A program made the position numbers and the translations under genes. Positions 38,952 through 52,660 of a stretch of 64,000 bases of DNA are shown here, piece after piece. Under the pieces are notes generated by a model. That model did no database searches, was not told where the DNA came from, and saw nothing but the letters and a program-made list of their open reading frames with translations. Origin of the DNA: Felis catus (lineage: Eukaryota); assembly GCF_018350175.1 (NCBI RefSeq), contig NC_058368.1, forward strand, positions 44,022,001 through 44,086,000, given 5' to 3'. The first letter of the stretch is position 1; every line of letters starts with the position of its first letter.

Positions 38952-39178
38952 TTTTTTTTTTAATTTTTTGTTTATTTATTTTTTATATAGAGACAGAGAC
39001 AGAGATGGAGACAGAGTGTGAGTAGGGGACAAGCACGGAGAGACAGAGACGCAGAATCTGAAGCAGGCTCCAGGCTCTGAACTGTCAGCACAGAACCCAA
39101 GGTGGGGCTCTAATTCACGAACTGCGAGATCATGACCTGAGCCAAAGTGGGACGTTCAACCGAGACACCCAGGCGCCC
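38952..39178 (-). mobile_element. Can-SINE (SINEC_Fc-type)
   Basis: T tail...gcagaatctgaagcaggctccaggctctgaactgtcagcacag...cccaggcgccc. Confidence 0.95.
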
Positions 39179-40668
39179 ACATGAATAAGGTATTTTTTTA
39201 AGAAAACACCTAGTTAATTTAGGGCCAGGAGAACTCATAGAAGTAGTCCACATGGTTGATCTCCCATACGGTCCCAACATAGCTAATTTGGGATACAGAC
39301 CAGTAAGCAGAAAAGGAGATAACATTATAGCCAGTTCATGTACAGAGATGTGGGATAAAATGAGGACTTCTTGCAACATTTAAATGTCAAGATTGCCTAT
39401 AAATGTTTATGTCTTGTCAAATATCAGGTCCCAAGATCAGCACCAAAGCATTGTAATGCTTTAGAAGTGTGTGAGATTTACATGTACCGGGAGAAAATCT
39501 TTCCTCTGGGATGATGGCTGAGGAAATTTGGTAGACAAGAAGCTAAAGGCAGGGGAACAGCTAATTCTACGAAGTTGCCAGAGAATAAAAGCTGCAGTTT
39601 TGCACATGTCTTGAGTTCACACTTTCCAACCTAAATCCCGTTTTTAATCCTGTTTACTGGCAAATTATATTCAGAAGAAATTTGAAGAATGGAAACCTGG
39701 GCCCCCTGTCTATATGTAACACCATCTCTTAATGTGTCTTTTCATATGTTATTTTCAAAACATTCTTCTCATTTCATTCTCATAGTAGGTCTCCTCAGTA
39801 ATCCATGAATGGAAGGATCCATCGATCCCCAGTAATCCAGGGATGGCAAATACTGATAAATAAGTCTAAATAAGTTTAGTTTGGAAGAGCTGCAAATTTA
39901 TATGTGACTCATCTGGATTAAAGGACTGTTTTTAATGGATTGCTACTTGTATGAATATAAACACCTATTCATTATCTTTTTTTGTGTTTTGGATGATGTT
40001 CTGTGACTTACCAAAAATGCAAGTGTTTTAAATAAAGTAAGTTCTCTGGTGTGTTTATCAGAAGCCGATTCTGGGAAATAAAGCAGAAAAGGCTTACAAT
40101 GGTAGTTTCAGAAGTACTGGGAGCCCCAGAGGACTAGGTTTGGGCCCAAGCCTCCACAACTGCTCTAAACAACAACACAAATCTGGTCTAAGAAGAAAGC
40201 TGCCACCACCAAGGAGCCTTAGATGATGTTTCCTGCTCCTTGTAAGTCTGCAGTCAAAGCCAACCTGTGGGTCAACACCACTGCCACTGAAACGGTCTCT
40301 CTTTTTACTAATTCTGAATTCAATAAGGAAACCAGTGCATGTGTTCCTGGTATTGGAGAGGCAGAAGTAGAGGACCCCACAATGTCTGTCTAGCTCCTCT
40401 GAGTACTGAAGGCTGAGCAGGGCTCATAAAGATGGGCATGGTCACAACATGATGGTCAAACAAATGGAAAAAAAATAAAAGTGCTCTTAGTAAAATGGGT
40501 AAAGTCAGTCATCATTGATCTGTAATATTTAAAGAAATTTATCACCGAGATGAATTAAAAGACTAAAACCAGCTTTTTTCAGTTTGTTTTAGCCCAAATA
40601 TCTTGTTTGTGTGGTATATGGATATTACCTATTAATATAGTTTCTTGGCATACAAGCTATTTAAATAT

Positions 40669-40900
40669 GGGCGGGGGGGCTGGGTGACTCAGTCAGTTAA
40701 GCGTCAGACTTCAGCTGAGAATAGGATCTCACGGTTTGTGAGCTCAAGCCCTGTATCAGGCTCTGTGCTGACAGCTCAGAGCCTGGAGCCTGTTTTGGGT
40801 TCTGTGTCTCCTTCTCTCTGTCTGCCTCTCCCCTGCTCACATTGTGTCTCTCTCCCTGTCTCTCAAAAATGAATAAACATTAAAAAATTAAAAAAAAAAA
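40669..40900 (+). mobile_element. Can-SINE (SINEC_Fc-type)
   Basis: Full body. TSD acaagctatttaaatatg / acaagctacttcaatatg. Confidence 0.96.
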
Positions 40901-41394
40901 CAAGCTACTTCAATATGTCAATATGAATAACACATGGAATAGCATTTCACTGGCTACAATGAAATTAAATCTGTTGCATATTAATAACCTTAGGGAAGTT
41001 TGCTAAGTGTGTGCAGAAGAGCCTTCCATAATTTTACAACTGAGATGGCGTGCATGTGGCTACACTGATATTTTAATGCATTTTTTAAAAGTGCTGAATC
41101 AATGTAAAGAAAGCCAACACATCTATGTGTAAACATTAAGTATGATACTATATTATTTAAAACAAAAATCATGCTATTGATAAAATAACGTAAGAGTAGA
41201 ATCTGGAATTTAGTGTGACATCAACTATATTATAACCCAAAATTGTCAGTATTTTCAGAGCTAGAATGGTAAACCTGACTCTACATTTTTCCTTAAAAGA
41301 ATGCATGATCATTTCCTTCGTCTAATTTTCCTTATTAAGCAAAACTAATCAAATATCAAGTACATGTCTCCTGGATTTACGTATTGTGGCCTAT

Positions 41395-42857
41395 TTATTT
41401 ATTTATTTATTAATATATGAAATTTGTCAAATTGGTTTCCATACAACACCCAGTGCTCATCCCAAAAGATGCCCTCCTCAATGCCCATCACCCACCCTCC
41501 TGTCCCTCCCACCCCCCATCAACCTTCAGTTTGTTCTCAGTTTTTAAGAGTCTCTTATGCTTTGGCTCTCTCCCACTCTAACCTCTTTTTTTTTCTTTTT
41601 TTCCTTCCCCTCCCCCATGGGTTTCTGTCAAGTTTCCCAAGATCCACATAAGAGTGAAAACATATGGTATCTGTCTTTCTCTGTATGGCTTATTTCACTT
41701 AGCATCACACCCTCCAGTTCCATCCATGTTGCTAGAAAGGGCCATATTTCATTCTTTCTCATTGCCACGTAGTACTCCATTGTGTATATAAACCACAATT
41801 TCTTTATCCATTCATCAGTTGATGGACATTTAGGCTCTTTCCATAATTTGGCTATTGTTGAGAGTGCTGCTATAAACATAGGGATACAAGTGTCCCTATG
41901 CATCAGTATTCCTGTATTCCTTGGGTAAATTCCTAGCAGTGCTACTGCTGGGTCATAGGGTAGGTCTATTTTTAATTTTCTGAGGAACCTCCACACTGCT
42001 TTCCAGAGCGGTTGCACCAGTTTGCATTCCCACCAACAATGCAAGAGGGTTCCCGTTTCTCCACATCCTCGCCAGCATCTATAGTCTCCTCATTTGTTCA
42101 TTTTAGCCATTCTGACTGGCGTGATGTGATATCTGAGTGTGGTTTTGATTTGTATTTCCCTGATGAGGAGCGATGCTGAGCATCTTTTCATGTGTCTGTT
42201 GGCCATCTGGATGTCTTCTTTAGAGAAGTGTCTATTCATGTTTTCTGCCCATTTCTTCACTGGATTATTTGTTTTTTGGGTGTGGCGTTTGGTGAGCTCT
42301 TTATAGATTTTGGATACTAGCCCTTTGTCTGATAGGTCATTTGCAAATATCTTTTCCCATTCGTTGGTTGCCTTTTAGTTTTGTTGATTGCTTCCTTTGC
42401 TGTGCAGAAGCTTTTTATCTTCATGAGGTCGCAAGAGTTCCTTTTTGCTTTTAATTCTCTTGCCTTTGGGGATGTGTCAAGTAAGAAATTGCTACGGCTG
42501 AGGTCAGAGAGGTCTTTTCCTGCTTTCTCCTCTAGGGTTTTGATGGTTTCCTGTCTCACATTCAGGTCCTTTATCCATTTTGAGTTTATTTTTGTGAATG
42601 GTGTGAGAAAGTGGTCTAGTTTCAATCTTATGCATGTTGCTGTCCAGTTCTCCCAGCACCATTTGTTAAAGAGGCTGTCTTTTTTCCATTGGATGTTCTT
42701 TCCTGCTTTGTCAAAGATTAGTTGGCCATACATTTGTGGGTCTAGTTCTGGGGTTTCTATTCTATTCCATTGGTCTATGTGTCTGTTTTTGTGCCAATAC
42801 CATGCTGTCTTGATGATTACAGCTTTGTAGTAGAGGCTAAAGTCTGGGATTGTGACG
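41395..42857 (-). mobile_element. Young felid LINE-1 (L1_Fc-type), 5'-truncated: ORF2 C-terminus plus 3' UTR
   Basis: ORF-track peptides [29 protein letters not shown] and [14 protein letters not shown]...EPKCPSTDEWIKK are L1 ORF2. (TTTA)n tail. TSD tgtggcc(t/a)at at 41385-41394 and 42858-42867. Confidence 0.98.
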
Positions 42858-43414
42858 TGTGGCCAATAAATTTAAAATTTTTATGTTTCCTAAAGAATGA
42901 AGAATTGATTTTCCACAAGCTGCAATAAGAAGTTCACCGATGATAATATAGGCTTTTATGGCAAATGTTCTGGGCATTATTTTTCATAATTTCATGGCAT
43001 CAGTGAAATTCTTCTTATAATTATCAGTATTATTGGCATCAATGAAATTATAAGTCAACATATCTTATTTATTTTTAAGTCAATGTATTTAAACTTCAGG
43101 TAAAATAAAAAGGCTTTTTTAAAATTTTACAATTTTGAAATTTAGTTGTATGTCTGAATTTAGCATAATATTACAGAAATGCATCAGTGATATTGAATAA
43201 AAAATTCAATTTACTAAATTCATCTAAAACAATACAGTTTCCTGTATGCTAGAAGAAAAATTCAGAGAGAAAATAAAGGATTTGCATGGTAAAAATTTGT
43301 ACTCTTGTTTCATAAATGTATTCCATATATGATTAGAATGTAAGTTGCCCTTCAGTATCAAAATTCAGGAATATTTAAATTGTGTAACACCTTCATTTTG
43401 TATTTGAGCATTCC

Positions 43415-43810
43415 TGTCAGGGGTGATTATTTGCCTACCAAATATCAATTTTCCTCCCTTCTTTTTGGAGAAACTTTGATTTTATGCAAGGCAACAATCG
43501 GCCAAAATACAATATGCTTGTCTTATTCTCCCTTGAAGACAGGTGTCACTATGACATTAAATTCTACCCAAGAAACAGTTTGTTGAATTTTTAGGAAAAT
43601 TTTCTTTAAATAGGACTGACCGTTTTAAATCATGAGGTGACACTGAAGATTGAAGTCACTTTTAAGGGTGGTGATATCAAACAGGAGATTGGGTGGCTAC
43701 GATGTGCTTACCTCAAATCTCTTTCAAAGAGAGAAAGAAACCACTACTTTGTTTAATTTTTCATTTCCAGACAGCATTTCTAGCAGCCAAAAAATTTCCA
43801 AGTCATGACA
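43415..43810 (+). mobile_element. MaLR LTR (MLT1J-like)
   Basis: Starts tgtcagg; contains ctcccttgaagacaggtgtcactatgac and catgaggtgacactgaagattgaagtcac; ends tagcagccaaa...gaca. Confidence 0.7.
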
Positions 43811-43956
43811 TACACAGACTGCATCATTCTTTACATAGATTTACTAGTCTTCATTGCTAAAATTTTTAACTATCCTACCAATAGATTTAACACTCTAAAA
43901 TACTGTCCATACCAACTTTATAAAAATCAGGAATTTTAAAAAATGCTAATTAAAAG

Positions 43957-44074
43957 AGAACAGAGACCCCAGAAATAAATCCACACATGTCTGGTCAATT
44001 CATTTATGACAAGGGAGCCAAGAATATACAATGGAGAAAGGACAGGCTCTTCAATAAATGGTAATAGGAAAATT
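43957..44074 (+). mobile_element. Isolated L1 ORF2 fragment
   Basis: ccagaaataaatccacac...ggtcaattcatttatgacaagggagccaagaatatacaatggagaaaggac...ttcaataaatgg ([19 protein letters not shown]). Confidence 0.9.
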
Positions 44075-45345
44075 TATTCCTTGATGAATTACAGTTTTTA
44101 CTAATATGTCTAGATATCTTTTTTCTACGCTTTTAGATTCCCTTTTATACACTGCTGCCTTTCTTTTTTCCCAGAAAGCAACATCATACAGACTAAAATA
44201 GTAGACTCTTGCCATTCCTGCTGCATTTCTCTCTAAGCAAAGCTCTCCGTCCAGTTCAAGTTCCCCCTCCTACTCCTCATGCCTTGTAGAGTAGAACTCA
44301 AAATGTTATTTGCTTTTTATTTCCCTACATGCTACTTATACCTTTAAACCCAACTTGCACTGCCCTAACTTGAGTGTGCAATCAACCTGTTTGCCGTTGG
44401 AAACCCAAACAAATACTCAAGGTTTAAAGAAATGGTTGCATATTAAAAATTCTGCTGGAGACAAGTAAGTTAGTATGCAATAATTTTGATAAAAGATTGC
44501 TCATATTTTTGCCTAGACTAACAACTACCTCATCAGGGTGCCTGCAATGTCCTCAGGCAGTATACTTCCCATTTGTGACTCATGGTTTCTTTTATATTTC
44601 CAATTGTTACAGACACTGCTGTGTTTCCTCCACTGTGTTCCTATAAGACTTTGTATTTTACATCTTACTTTATTTTATAGACGCCAGCTACTATATTTCT
44701 GTGTCTCCTCAGAGACTATAAGCACCCGGAGGGTACAATGGTCTTATCCATCCCTGAATTCAAAGCACAATAATTATGGAAACTAATCATAGTTAAAAAC
44801 TTTCACTGATCATTATTTTGTATGCTTAATTCAATATGTATAAGCATTTGTCTTATGAGAAGCTGAATATAAATCTGAAGACAAAGGATCCAGGACAAGT
44901 TTTTTGGAGGCAGAAATCCTAGATATTTCTATTGTGTTAAGATTGCGTGCTCAGCATTCAACATAGGCCATGCTGTGTGAAGCTTTAGTTTATTTATTTT
45001 CTCATAAAAGTGAGATGTGTATGGATATGTTCCATGTATACTGAAAAAATGTGGGTTTATTTATAGGATATTTGAATGAGACCTGAGTCTCATTCTTCAG
45101 AATACACTTATGCTATGTTGTAAAAACTTAAGCTACAATAAGAAAAAAAAAACCTTTAATCTATCTTACACAAAGACATTTCCATGGATGGATATTACAG
45201 AAGATATTTTGAAATCCCTGGTGACTTTCAAAGGTGTTTAATATTAAAATATTTATTAAAATCACTAGTGAAAGATGCTAACAATCATTTAGAAATGGAA
45301 AACTAAAGGGAAAATTAGTAAGTGTCCCATCTTAAAGGGTTTTCT

Positions 45346-45547
45346 GAGGTGCCTGGGTGTCTCAGTCAGTTAAGCATCCAACTTCAGCTCTGGTCATGAT
45401 CTCACATTTCGTGGGTTTGAGCCCCACATCGGGCCCTGAACTGACAGCATCTGCTTCGGATTCTGTGTCTGGCTCTCTCTGTCCCTCCCCTGTTTGCGCT
45501 CCATATCTATCTCTCTGTCTCAAAACTAAATAAACATTTAAGAAAAG
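45346..45547 (+). mobile_element. Can-SINE (SINEC)
   Basis: gaggtgcctgggtgtctcagtcagttaagc head and A tail. TSD-like taaagggttttc / taaaggagtttc. Confidence 0.93.
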
Positions 45548-46559
45548 TAAAGGAGTTTCAAGGGCCTTGTGACTTACATCTATTGGTAGAAATCCATGAT
45601 AATGATTAAATGTAAGATGAGTATATAACTTTATAAACACAATAATTTCCCCTGGCAAATTACTTGGTTCTGCATTCTTATAAATATTCTTGCATCAAGA
45701 TGCCAACAAATGGTCATCAAAAACTAAATGGTCACACAAAAAGAAAGAAAGAAATAGAAAGTAAGTCTATTAAAGGCAGATGGCACAAAAATAATGCAAG
45801 CAAAAAGACATCTTATCAGCAACTAGCATATGTGTGGCACCAGTGAAGCTTTTTTCTTTCACTTGATACAACAATCTCATCATAAACATAAAACCCAATT
45901 CTTGCAGTAGACAATCTTTGCTTCTCTGTGAGAGTTAGATTATGCAGTTAAACTAATGCTTTGTTAACTACATTCCCACTGCATGAGTCATAACACCTGT
46001 ATATTCAGGCTTAAGGAAATTCTTGCTTTTTAAAAAATCTTTCACCTAGTTAATATAGCACAGATGGTCTTATCCCTAAGCTATGAGTATTAAAAATAAA
46101 ATGCATTAAAGCATTCAATAAAATTATTTTTACCTCTACTGTTTTCTTGAGCAGTTGAATATTAAATCTTAAAAATGTCAAGGATATTAGAAAGGAAAAT
46201 ACTATAATTCATTACATACTAACTCTCTTTTAGGTTTATAACATAAGACTGCTTGAAATTTAAAGGAATTTTCTGATCCCATGATCAAAACACTCTTAAG
46301 TACATGTAATATTTTGTTAGACAAATGAACATTCTAGCATTTAGTTGAATCATTAACATGTTTAACATATTGTGAAGGAAAATGTGATTTATATCTTAAA
46401 TAAAAAGAGCTATGGTCATTAAAGTATAAAATTTAATTTATTAATTCATGGCATAAAATATGAAGGAAACAATTCTAGAATGGCAATATGGAACTGGAGA
46501 TCTGGTTTCTCCTTTCATCTTTGAGTCTTCTTTGATTTTCTATGAACATGTTCACAATT

Positions 46560-47110
46560 CATTTTAATTATTTCTACAACTTTGAGCACCTACTATGCAC
46601 TGGAAGCTGTACTAAAGCTCTGTTGCAAAATAGTATAAACCACAGCATTTGCAATCAGTAGTGCTTACAATACACCCGTATTTCAATACACACAGAGAAT
46701 TATATAGTAAGTGTAAATTAATGGTTCAGCTTGTTAAATTATGTATGTACCAAGAGTTGGAAGAAATCAGGAAGGGCTAGTGGAGATTGGAAGATGTTCT
46801 ACAGTAGATGGTTTTAAAACAGGGTCTTAAAAGGACAAGTATATTAGAGAGAACTTGAGCAGTTAGTAAGAATAGGCAAATAACTACCAATGCTGTGATT
46901 CATAGAGTAAAATAATCAAGCCTGTTCAATTTAGGTAGATCTTGCATGTAGGGGAAAAAAAGGTAAATTGGGGTAGAAGAATAAATAAGGACCTAATGTA
47001 AATATCCTTGAATTTACATTATATAATTTATATTTAATTTTTTTAGGGATAAAGGCAATAAAGGCTTATTAGGTTTAATACAGAAACATACTTAACGGTG
47101 TATTTTAGAA
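46560..47110 (-). mobile_element. L2 fragment
   Basis: ttgagcacctactatgcactggaagctgtacta is the antisense L2 3' end, followed by a purine-rich L2-like body. Confidence 0.65.
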
Positions 47111-47304
47111 ATCTGTAACTATCACATCTATATCTATCTATATCTGTCTATATCTATATCTATATCCATATATAGAGAGTACTTGATATAGGATATAACT
47201 TCCAGAATGTTTAGCAAATATTAAAAAAATAAGCGTAATTACTTTTAGCTAGAAGGGAGATAAAGAATTCCCATTCAGTACAATGAGATTGAAACTGCAA
47301 AGAA

Positions 47305-47768
47305 ACAGTTTTGGCAGAAATTTCCAGTTGCATCTTACTCCTCCCTGGTAACAGAACCCAGATTTTAGATGAGGCAGCAATGTGACTGGATAAAAGAATA
47401 CACTGCCCAGCCTCCCTTGCAGGTGGGATGAGGTGTTACAAATGAAATGTAAGCAGATGTTGTGAGACAGGACTTCACATAGAATTCTTTTGAAAGGAAG
47501 AGATACAAGGCATGGTCCCTTTTGCTCTTCATAGTTCCTCCTTCCTGCTGTCTGTAGTGTGCAAGTGATTCTGAAAACTCAAGTAGTTATTGTTCCCTGA
47601 AGCAACTTTAATGATTGATGCCAAACGTCAAGATAGAATTTGGAGTGATTAGTAAGTACATATGAGCTCTTGATTGCCTACATTTAGAATACAAAATAAA
47701 TCATTATGTGTTTGTGCCAAAATTATTTTGAATTTTCTCTTATCTGATGCTCAAACTGATACTGATAA
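47305..47768 (+). mobile_element. MaLR LTR (MLT1J-like)
   Basis: ggtaacagaacccagatttt...ggcagcaatgtg...cccagcctcccttgcagg...aaatgaaatgtaagcagatgttg. Confidence 0.85.
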
Positions 47769-48299
47769 AGGATATAAGGTGAAATTTCAAATAAAGCGCT
47801 AATACTCTAATGCCAGATCCTTAGAATAAAGTCAAATAACTTAAGTAAAATTTTTTAAGAAATTCCCCATTAGAAGAAAATTGGTTGTAACGAACTCTTT
47901 GTGCCTCAATTAATTGTGCAAATTGCATATTTGCTGAGTCAGAAGACAAATAATAAGATGAACTTCCAACAACAAAAATAGAGGCAGAACATTCTGAAGA
48001 AAGAGGAATTTCTCAGAAGGGCACACAGATCTATGGCTGACTTTCCCCTGTTTATTGGATATTGTCTGATGCAGGATACAGACTGCCAACCTATTCATAT
48101 GATCACATAGAAATTTTCCTTAATAATTTATAATGGCAAATTATATTATCAGATTTTCTTAAAAATGAACTAATCTTGAATTCCTGGAATAAAATAAACG
48201 TATAATATATTCATTAGTTGTATTTTGTAAAGGGCCACCTAATACTTGTTTCTAACTTTTGCTTTTCTATTCAATGATATTAAAATAATCAGGTCCAGG

Positions 48300-50110
48300 A
48301 ACCTAAAACCCAGGAGAGCAGTTGTCAGTGAGAAACCTAAATGACTATACGGCTGCATGACCTAAATATTTGCCTTGATTTCTGGTTATAATCTCTGGTC
48401 ATCCCATAACTGCTTTCTGAACCACATGTGTATGATCCATATTTCATGTAGGCAAACTAAATTTAAGGAACTGAACTGAAATTTGGGCTGCACCTGTTGC
48501 TGGAGAGAATTTATAGTACAGACTCAGCCAGATTAATTGCCCCCTTAAAATAATATTCTTCAGAGGAATGTGGCAGAGTTCATAATTTCTACAATATATC
48601 ACACTATTCACCATTTCAAAGAAAGACAACAACATGACCCATTTGCAAGGGAAAAAAGCACCAGAGAATAAACATGAAATAACCCTGAATTTGTAAATAT
48701 CAGGAAAGAGTTTTAAAGCTGTGAATACATCTGTGTTCAAGGATGTAGACTATATTATGGTATTAACGAAAAGATAAGAATTCTCAGCACAAAAATAGAT
48801 ACCTTAAAACAAACCAAACTGAAAATGAAAAATGTAGTATATAACAAAATATTCACTAAATAGGCTTATGAGCAAAGTGGAAATGGCAGAGGAAACAGAT
48901 GGTAAGCTTGAAGATTGATAAGTAGAAATTATCTAATTTGAAAAATATAAAATGATCGTTGAGAGAAACAGTGTCTCAGGGACCTGTGGGACGGTATCAA
49001 AGGTCACACGTGTGTAATTATAGTCCCAATAGAAAGCAGAGTGTGGTTCTGAAAACAAAAAGCGGAAATGTGGATATAATGGCTGTTTGGAAAAAAGGAT
49101 CCATTTATATAAGTTCAAAAATTTAACAATCCAGAGAATATCAGACTGGAATAATAATAAAAAAAATAGGAGCGCCTCGGTGGCTCAGTTAGTTAAGCGT
49201 CCAACTCTCAGTATCAGCTCAGGTCATGATCTCACGGTTTGGTTTGTGAGTTTGAGCCCCGTGTCAGGCTCTGAACTGGCAGCACTGAGCTTGCTTGGGA
49301 TTGTTTCTCCCTCTCTCTCTGCCCCACCTTCCTCTCTCCCTCTCTCTCTCAAAATAAATAAACATTAAAACAAACAAACAAATAAACTACTTAAGTACAT
49401 CACAGCTAAACAGCTAAAGAACAAAAATAAAGTGAACAATGAGAAAGAAGCCAGAGAAAAATGATGCATTGCATATAACGGAATTTGGTTGAATATTCAG
49501 AAAATAGTAGGCCACAGGAAGTGGGAAAATAGTTTTAATTTCATAATGAAAAACTATATTGTCAATTATAGTTACTTTCCCAAGCCTATTTAATCCATTA
49601 TCCAGCTGAAATTTCAGACATATTAAGTAAAATGCAAAAAAAAAAAAAATGTTATATGGCCTTTTAAGTATCATGAAGTGTATCTAAATATAAAATATAT
49701 TAAAAGAATTGAGAAAACAAAAAAATAAAATGAAAACATAAATTGCTCGGAAATAAAAGTTAACCTAGCATTCTATAACTGATAGGAAGACATGAGTCTA
49801 TAACTAAAGAAAGACATGAATTGAAAGTAAACTAAACTTTTTTTTTCCACCAAAGGACACGCAATACAACAAATGCTAAAGTACAATTCTGACCCGACAT
49901 GAAATGCAAAAAAGAGAAACTTGAAGCACATTGGGAATATTAATAGGAGTGAAATAAGCAAAATTGTAACAGTGTATTCTGAGTTTTAAAATACACATAG
50001 ATGTTGAAAGTTTTCCTCATTTTAGGAGGAGCGGTGAAACATTAACTCTATGCTCTGATGTTTAATGTATATGCTGGAACCTTTAAAAAATAGACAAATG
50101 AGGTAAAAGA
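48300..50110 (+). mobile_element. Old LINE-1 ORF1 region, split by a SINE
   Basis: aaacagtgtctcagggacctgtgggacggtatcaa and attctgacccgacatgaaatgcaa are L1 ORF1-like and A-rich. Confidence 0.7.
49168..49385 (+). mobile_element. Can-SINE (SINEC)
   Basis: aggagcgcctcggtggctcagttagttaagcgtcc head, CT tract and A tail. Confidence 0.95.
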
Positions 50111-51708
50111 AAAAAACAAACATTTTTTCTGGAAGTTCCCCACATTCACCTAGAACTTTTTATAAAATCCATAAATCAAGTTAAAATACATTATAACTAT
50201 TAAAATTACAGGAAAACCTAAGGGAAAACAATATGTGCTAGTATTTTGGAGATGATACTAGTGATCGCTTTCTTTGGGCATTTCAGATGATACTTCAATA
50301 TGTATAAAGTATTAATCAAAGTGAAACATCTTAATAAGAAGGAATAAAAATAATTTGAAAAAGAGGACTAAAAGCGTTTTAAATAAAAGACCAAACATGG
50401 TGTTTAACTTGCCAAATTACATCACGCTCCATGTTATAGCAAAACCCCAGAACAACTCATGTGAGTTCAAATAATTCTACCACCTGCTATAGGAAAAGTT
50501 CATTCTCCTAATGGCTTTGCTATTGTGGGTATTTGTTGCTTACCATGGTTCATCTATATGTTTATTAATGATAAAATTAATTCTATATTTTTTTCCGTGG
50601 CTTTGTTGATAGCCTTTATCTGTTGTCAGTAGATTTAAGATCTTTATTTTCTCTTTATATTCTCCAAAATACACTGGAAATTGGTTTATTCTGAAAAAGG
50701 TCTGTGATTAAGTATTTCACTTTTTACTACACCTAGTCTAGTTATTCTCGACAGAATTTGTCAAGCATCTGCCTAAGGGTGAATGGTGTACTAACAGGGT
50801 CTCATTCCAGATGGTTATACTACACATTTTAATACAGAATCTTCATTTTCTGTGCCAGTGCAACCAAATTATGTTCCTAATATTGGACTATTAACTATGA
50901 GAGATCTTCAATTTGATGTCTGGATCACAGATCATAATATCAGTGTAATTTTCTACAACAAATTGTTCCCTCATTTTTTTTCCCCATAAGCATCTGCTGC
51001 CTTGAAAGGATTACATTAAGCTTTAGCTTGGATTTCAAGTTCAGGTTTGCTGTGTACAATTTGCACTGCTTTGAACAGCTGGCTATCACTTTTGCTTTCC
51101 CATTTCCCTCACAGTTGAAATGATTTACCACCTGTAGATGCATCCTGTTTCTTCTGTGTTCATTTGTTAGGTTAATTAACTTTTACTCTTTTTGCTTTTT
51201 TTTCTTTATACAAGTCTTAATAGTTAATGCAACCATAAATAGCTAAAGGGTGTGCATTGCTGTACAAAAAAAAAAAAAGCATAGAGAAGTCCATAAATTG
51301 TGTGAATTTTTCAGAAAAGCCAACTAACTTCCTCAACTAACAAATATTATATCAAAGCTCAGTCATTTCATACACTATTCAATTTTGATATTAGAACATA
51401 TAGACTATCAGTAAACCAAACTTTTGGTCAGAAAACAATCTGTGTCTTAATTTTTCCCACAGAAATATCCGCTTCATTACCACAAATACAATCAGGGAGC
51501 CCAATTTTAATTTCCGACATACCCCTAGGTTGTGATATTTTCCTGGTAGTTGTATGTTCGATCTGCAGCCAAAAATGCTTTCTTCCCAATTTCCCTTGCC
51601 CCCACCCCTTTTTTCTTTTTGCGTATCTCAGTGACCATGGTTCCTCTTTCCTTTAAAACAAATTATAAACTCTAAAATGGTTGAGTCGTGATGTTAACAA
51701 ATAAAAGT

Positions 51709-51891
51709 GTTATTTCTGAGAGAGCACAAATGGGGCAGGGGCAGACAGAGAGGGAGACACAGAATGCAAAGCGGGCTCCAGGCTCTCAGCTGTTAGTACA
51801 AAGCCTGACGCACGGCTTGAACTCACAAACCCCGAGATCATGACCTGAGCCCAAGTGGGACGCTTAACTGACTAAGCCACCCAGGCACCCC
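51709..51891 (-). mobile_element. Felid SINE lacking its tail
   Basis: gagggagacacagaatgcaaagcgggctccaggctctcagctg...cacccaggcacccc with no poly(T) upstream. Confidence 0.93.
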
Positions 51892-52434
51892 CTCACTGGT
51901 GAACTTCTTATTGCAGCCTGTGGAAAATCAATTCTTCATTTTTCAGGAAACATAAAATTTTAAAATGTATTGACATCCCTCCTGGCATTCACTGTAATCT
52001 TGGTAGACCTGACTTCCATTTTGTGGTGTCTGTGCAGGTTTGTATCGGTGGCAGATAAATATTACCTAATGGAAACACACTGGTATGACCCCCTCATCCT
52101 CCTCCAAACCTGCTGATTTGTTCCTCCAAGGGTGCTTTGTAATTCTACCTTTTTTTCTTTTTTTATGTCTCTGAGGGGAGTTTAATTCCCAAGAATTTGG
52201 GATATGACTTTCAGGAATGCAGACTATGGTGACACAAAGTCAAGTATCTTTTCTGTCTTGGGAGAATGGTTAGAAGAGAGCATTGTGGGAAATATTTTCA
52301 TTTCCTGCCATTGTTGCCCTATTTCATTCCCTGAGGTTTGCCTTAAAGCAAATAGCAAAACTTTAATATTCTACTTCTTGATGAAAAGAGTATGAATGTT
52401 TTTAATTTGAGGTTTAAAAACCTTTACATATTTA

Positions 52435-52557
52435 GGGGTGCCTGGGTGGCTCAGTTGGTTAAGCATCTGACTCTTGATTTTGGCTCAGGTCATGATCCCA
52501 TGGTTCCTGAGTTTGAGCCTGTGTCCAACTCCACTGACAGCATAGACTCTGCTTAGG

Positions 52558-52611
<54 letters not shown>

Positions 52612-52660
52612 CCCTGCTTGTACTCTTTCTCTCTCAAAATAAATAAATAAACTTAAAAAG
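52435..52660 (+). mobile_element. Can-SINE with expanded (CT)n
   Basis: ggggtgcctgggtggctcagttggttaagc head and a long perfect CT run from 52561 to about 52606. Confidence 0.96.

Noticed and set aside
41628..42733. Two 138-aa minus-strand ORFs and the 149-aa plus-strand ORF
   Set aside because: These are fragments of L1 ORF2 and its antisense frame within a truncated L1, not host genes.
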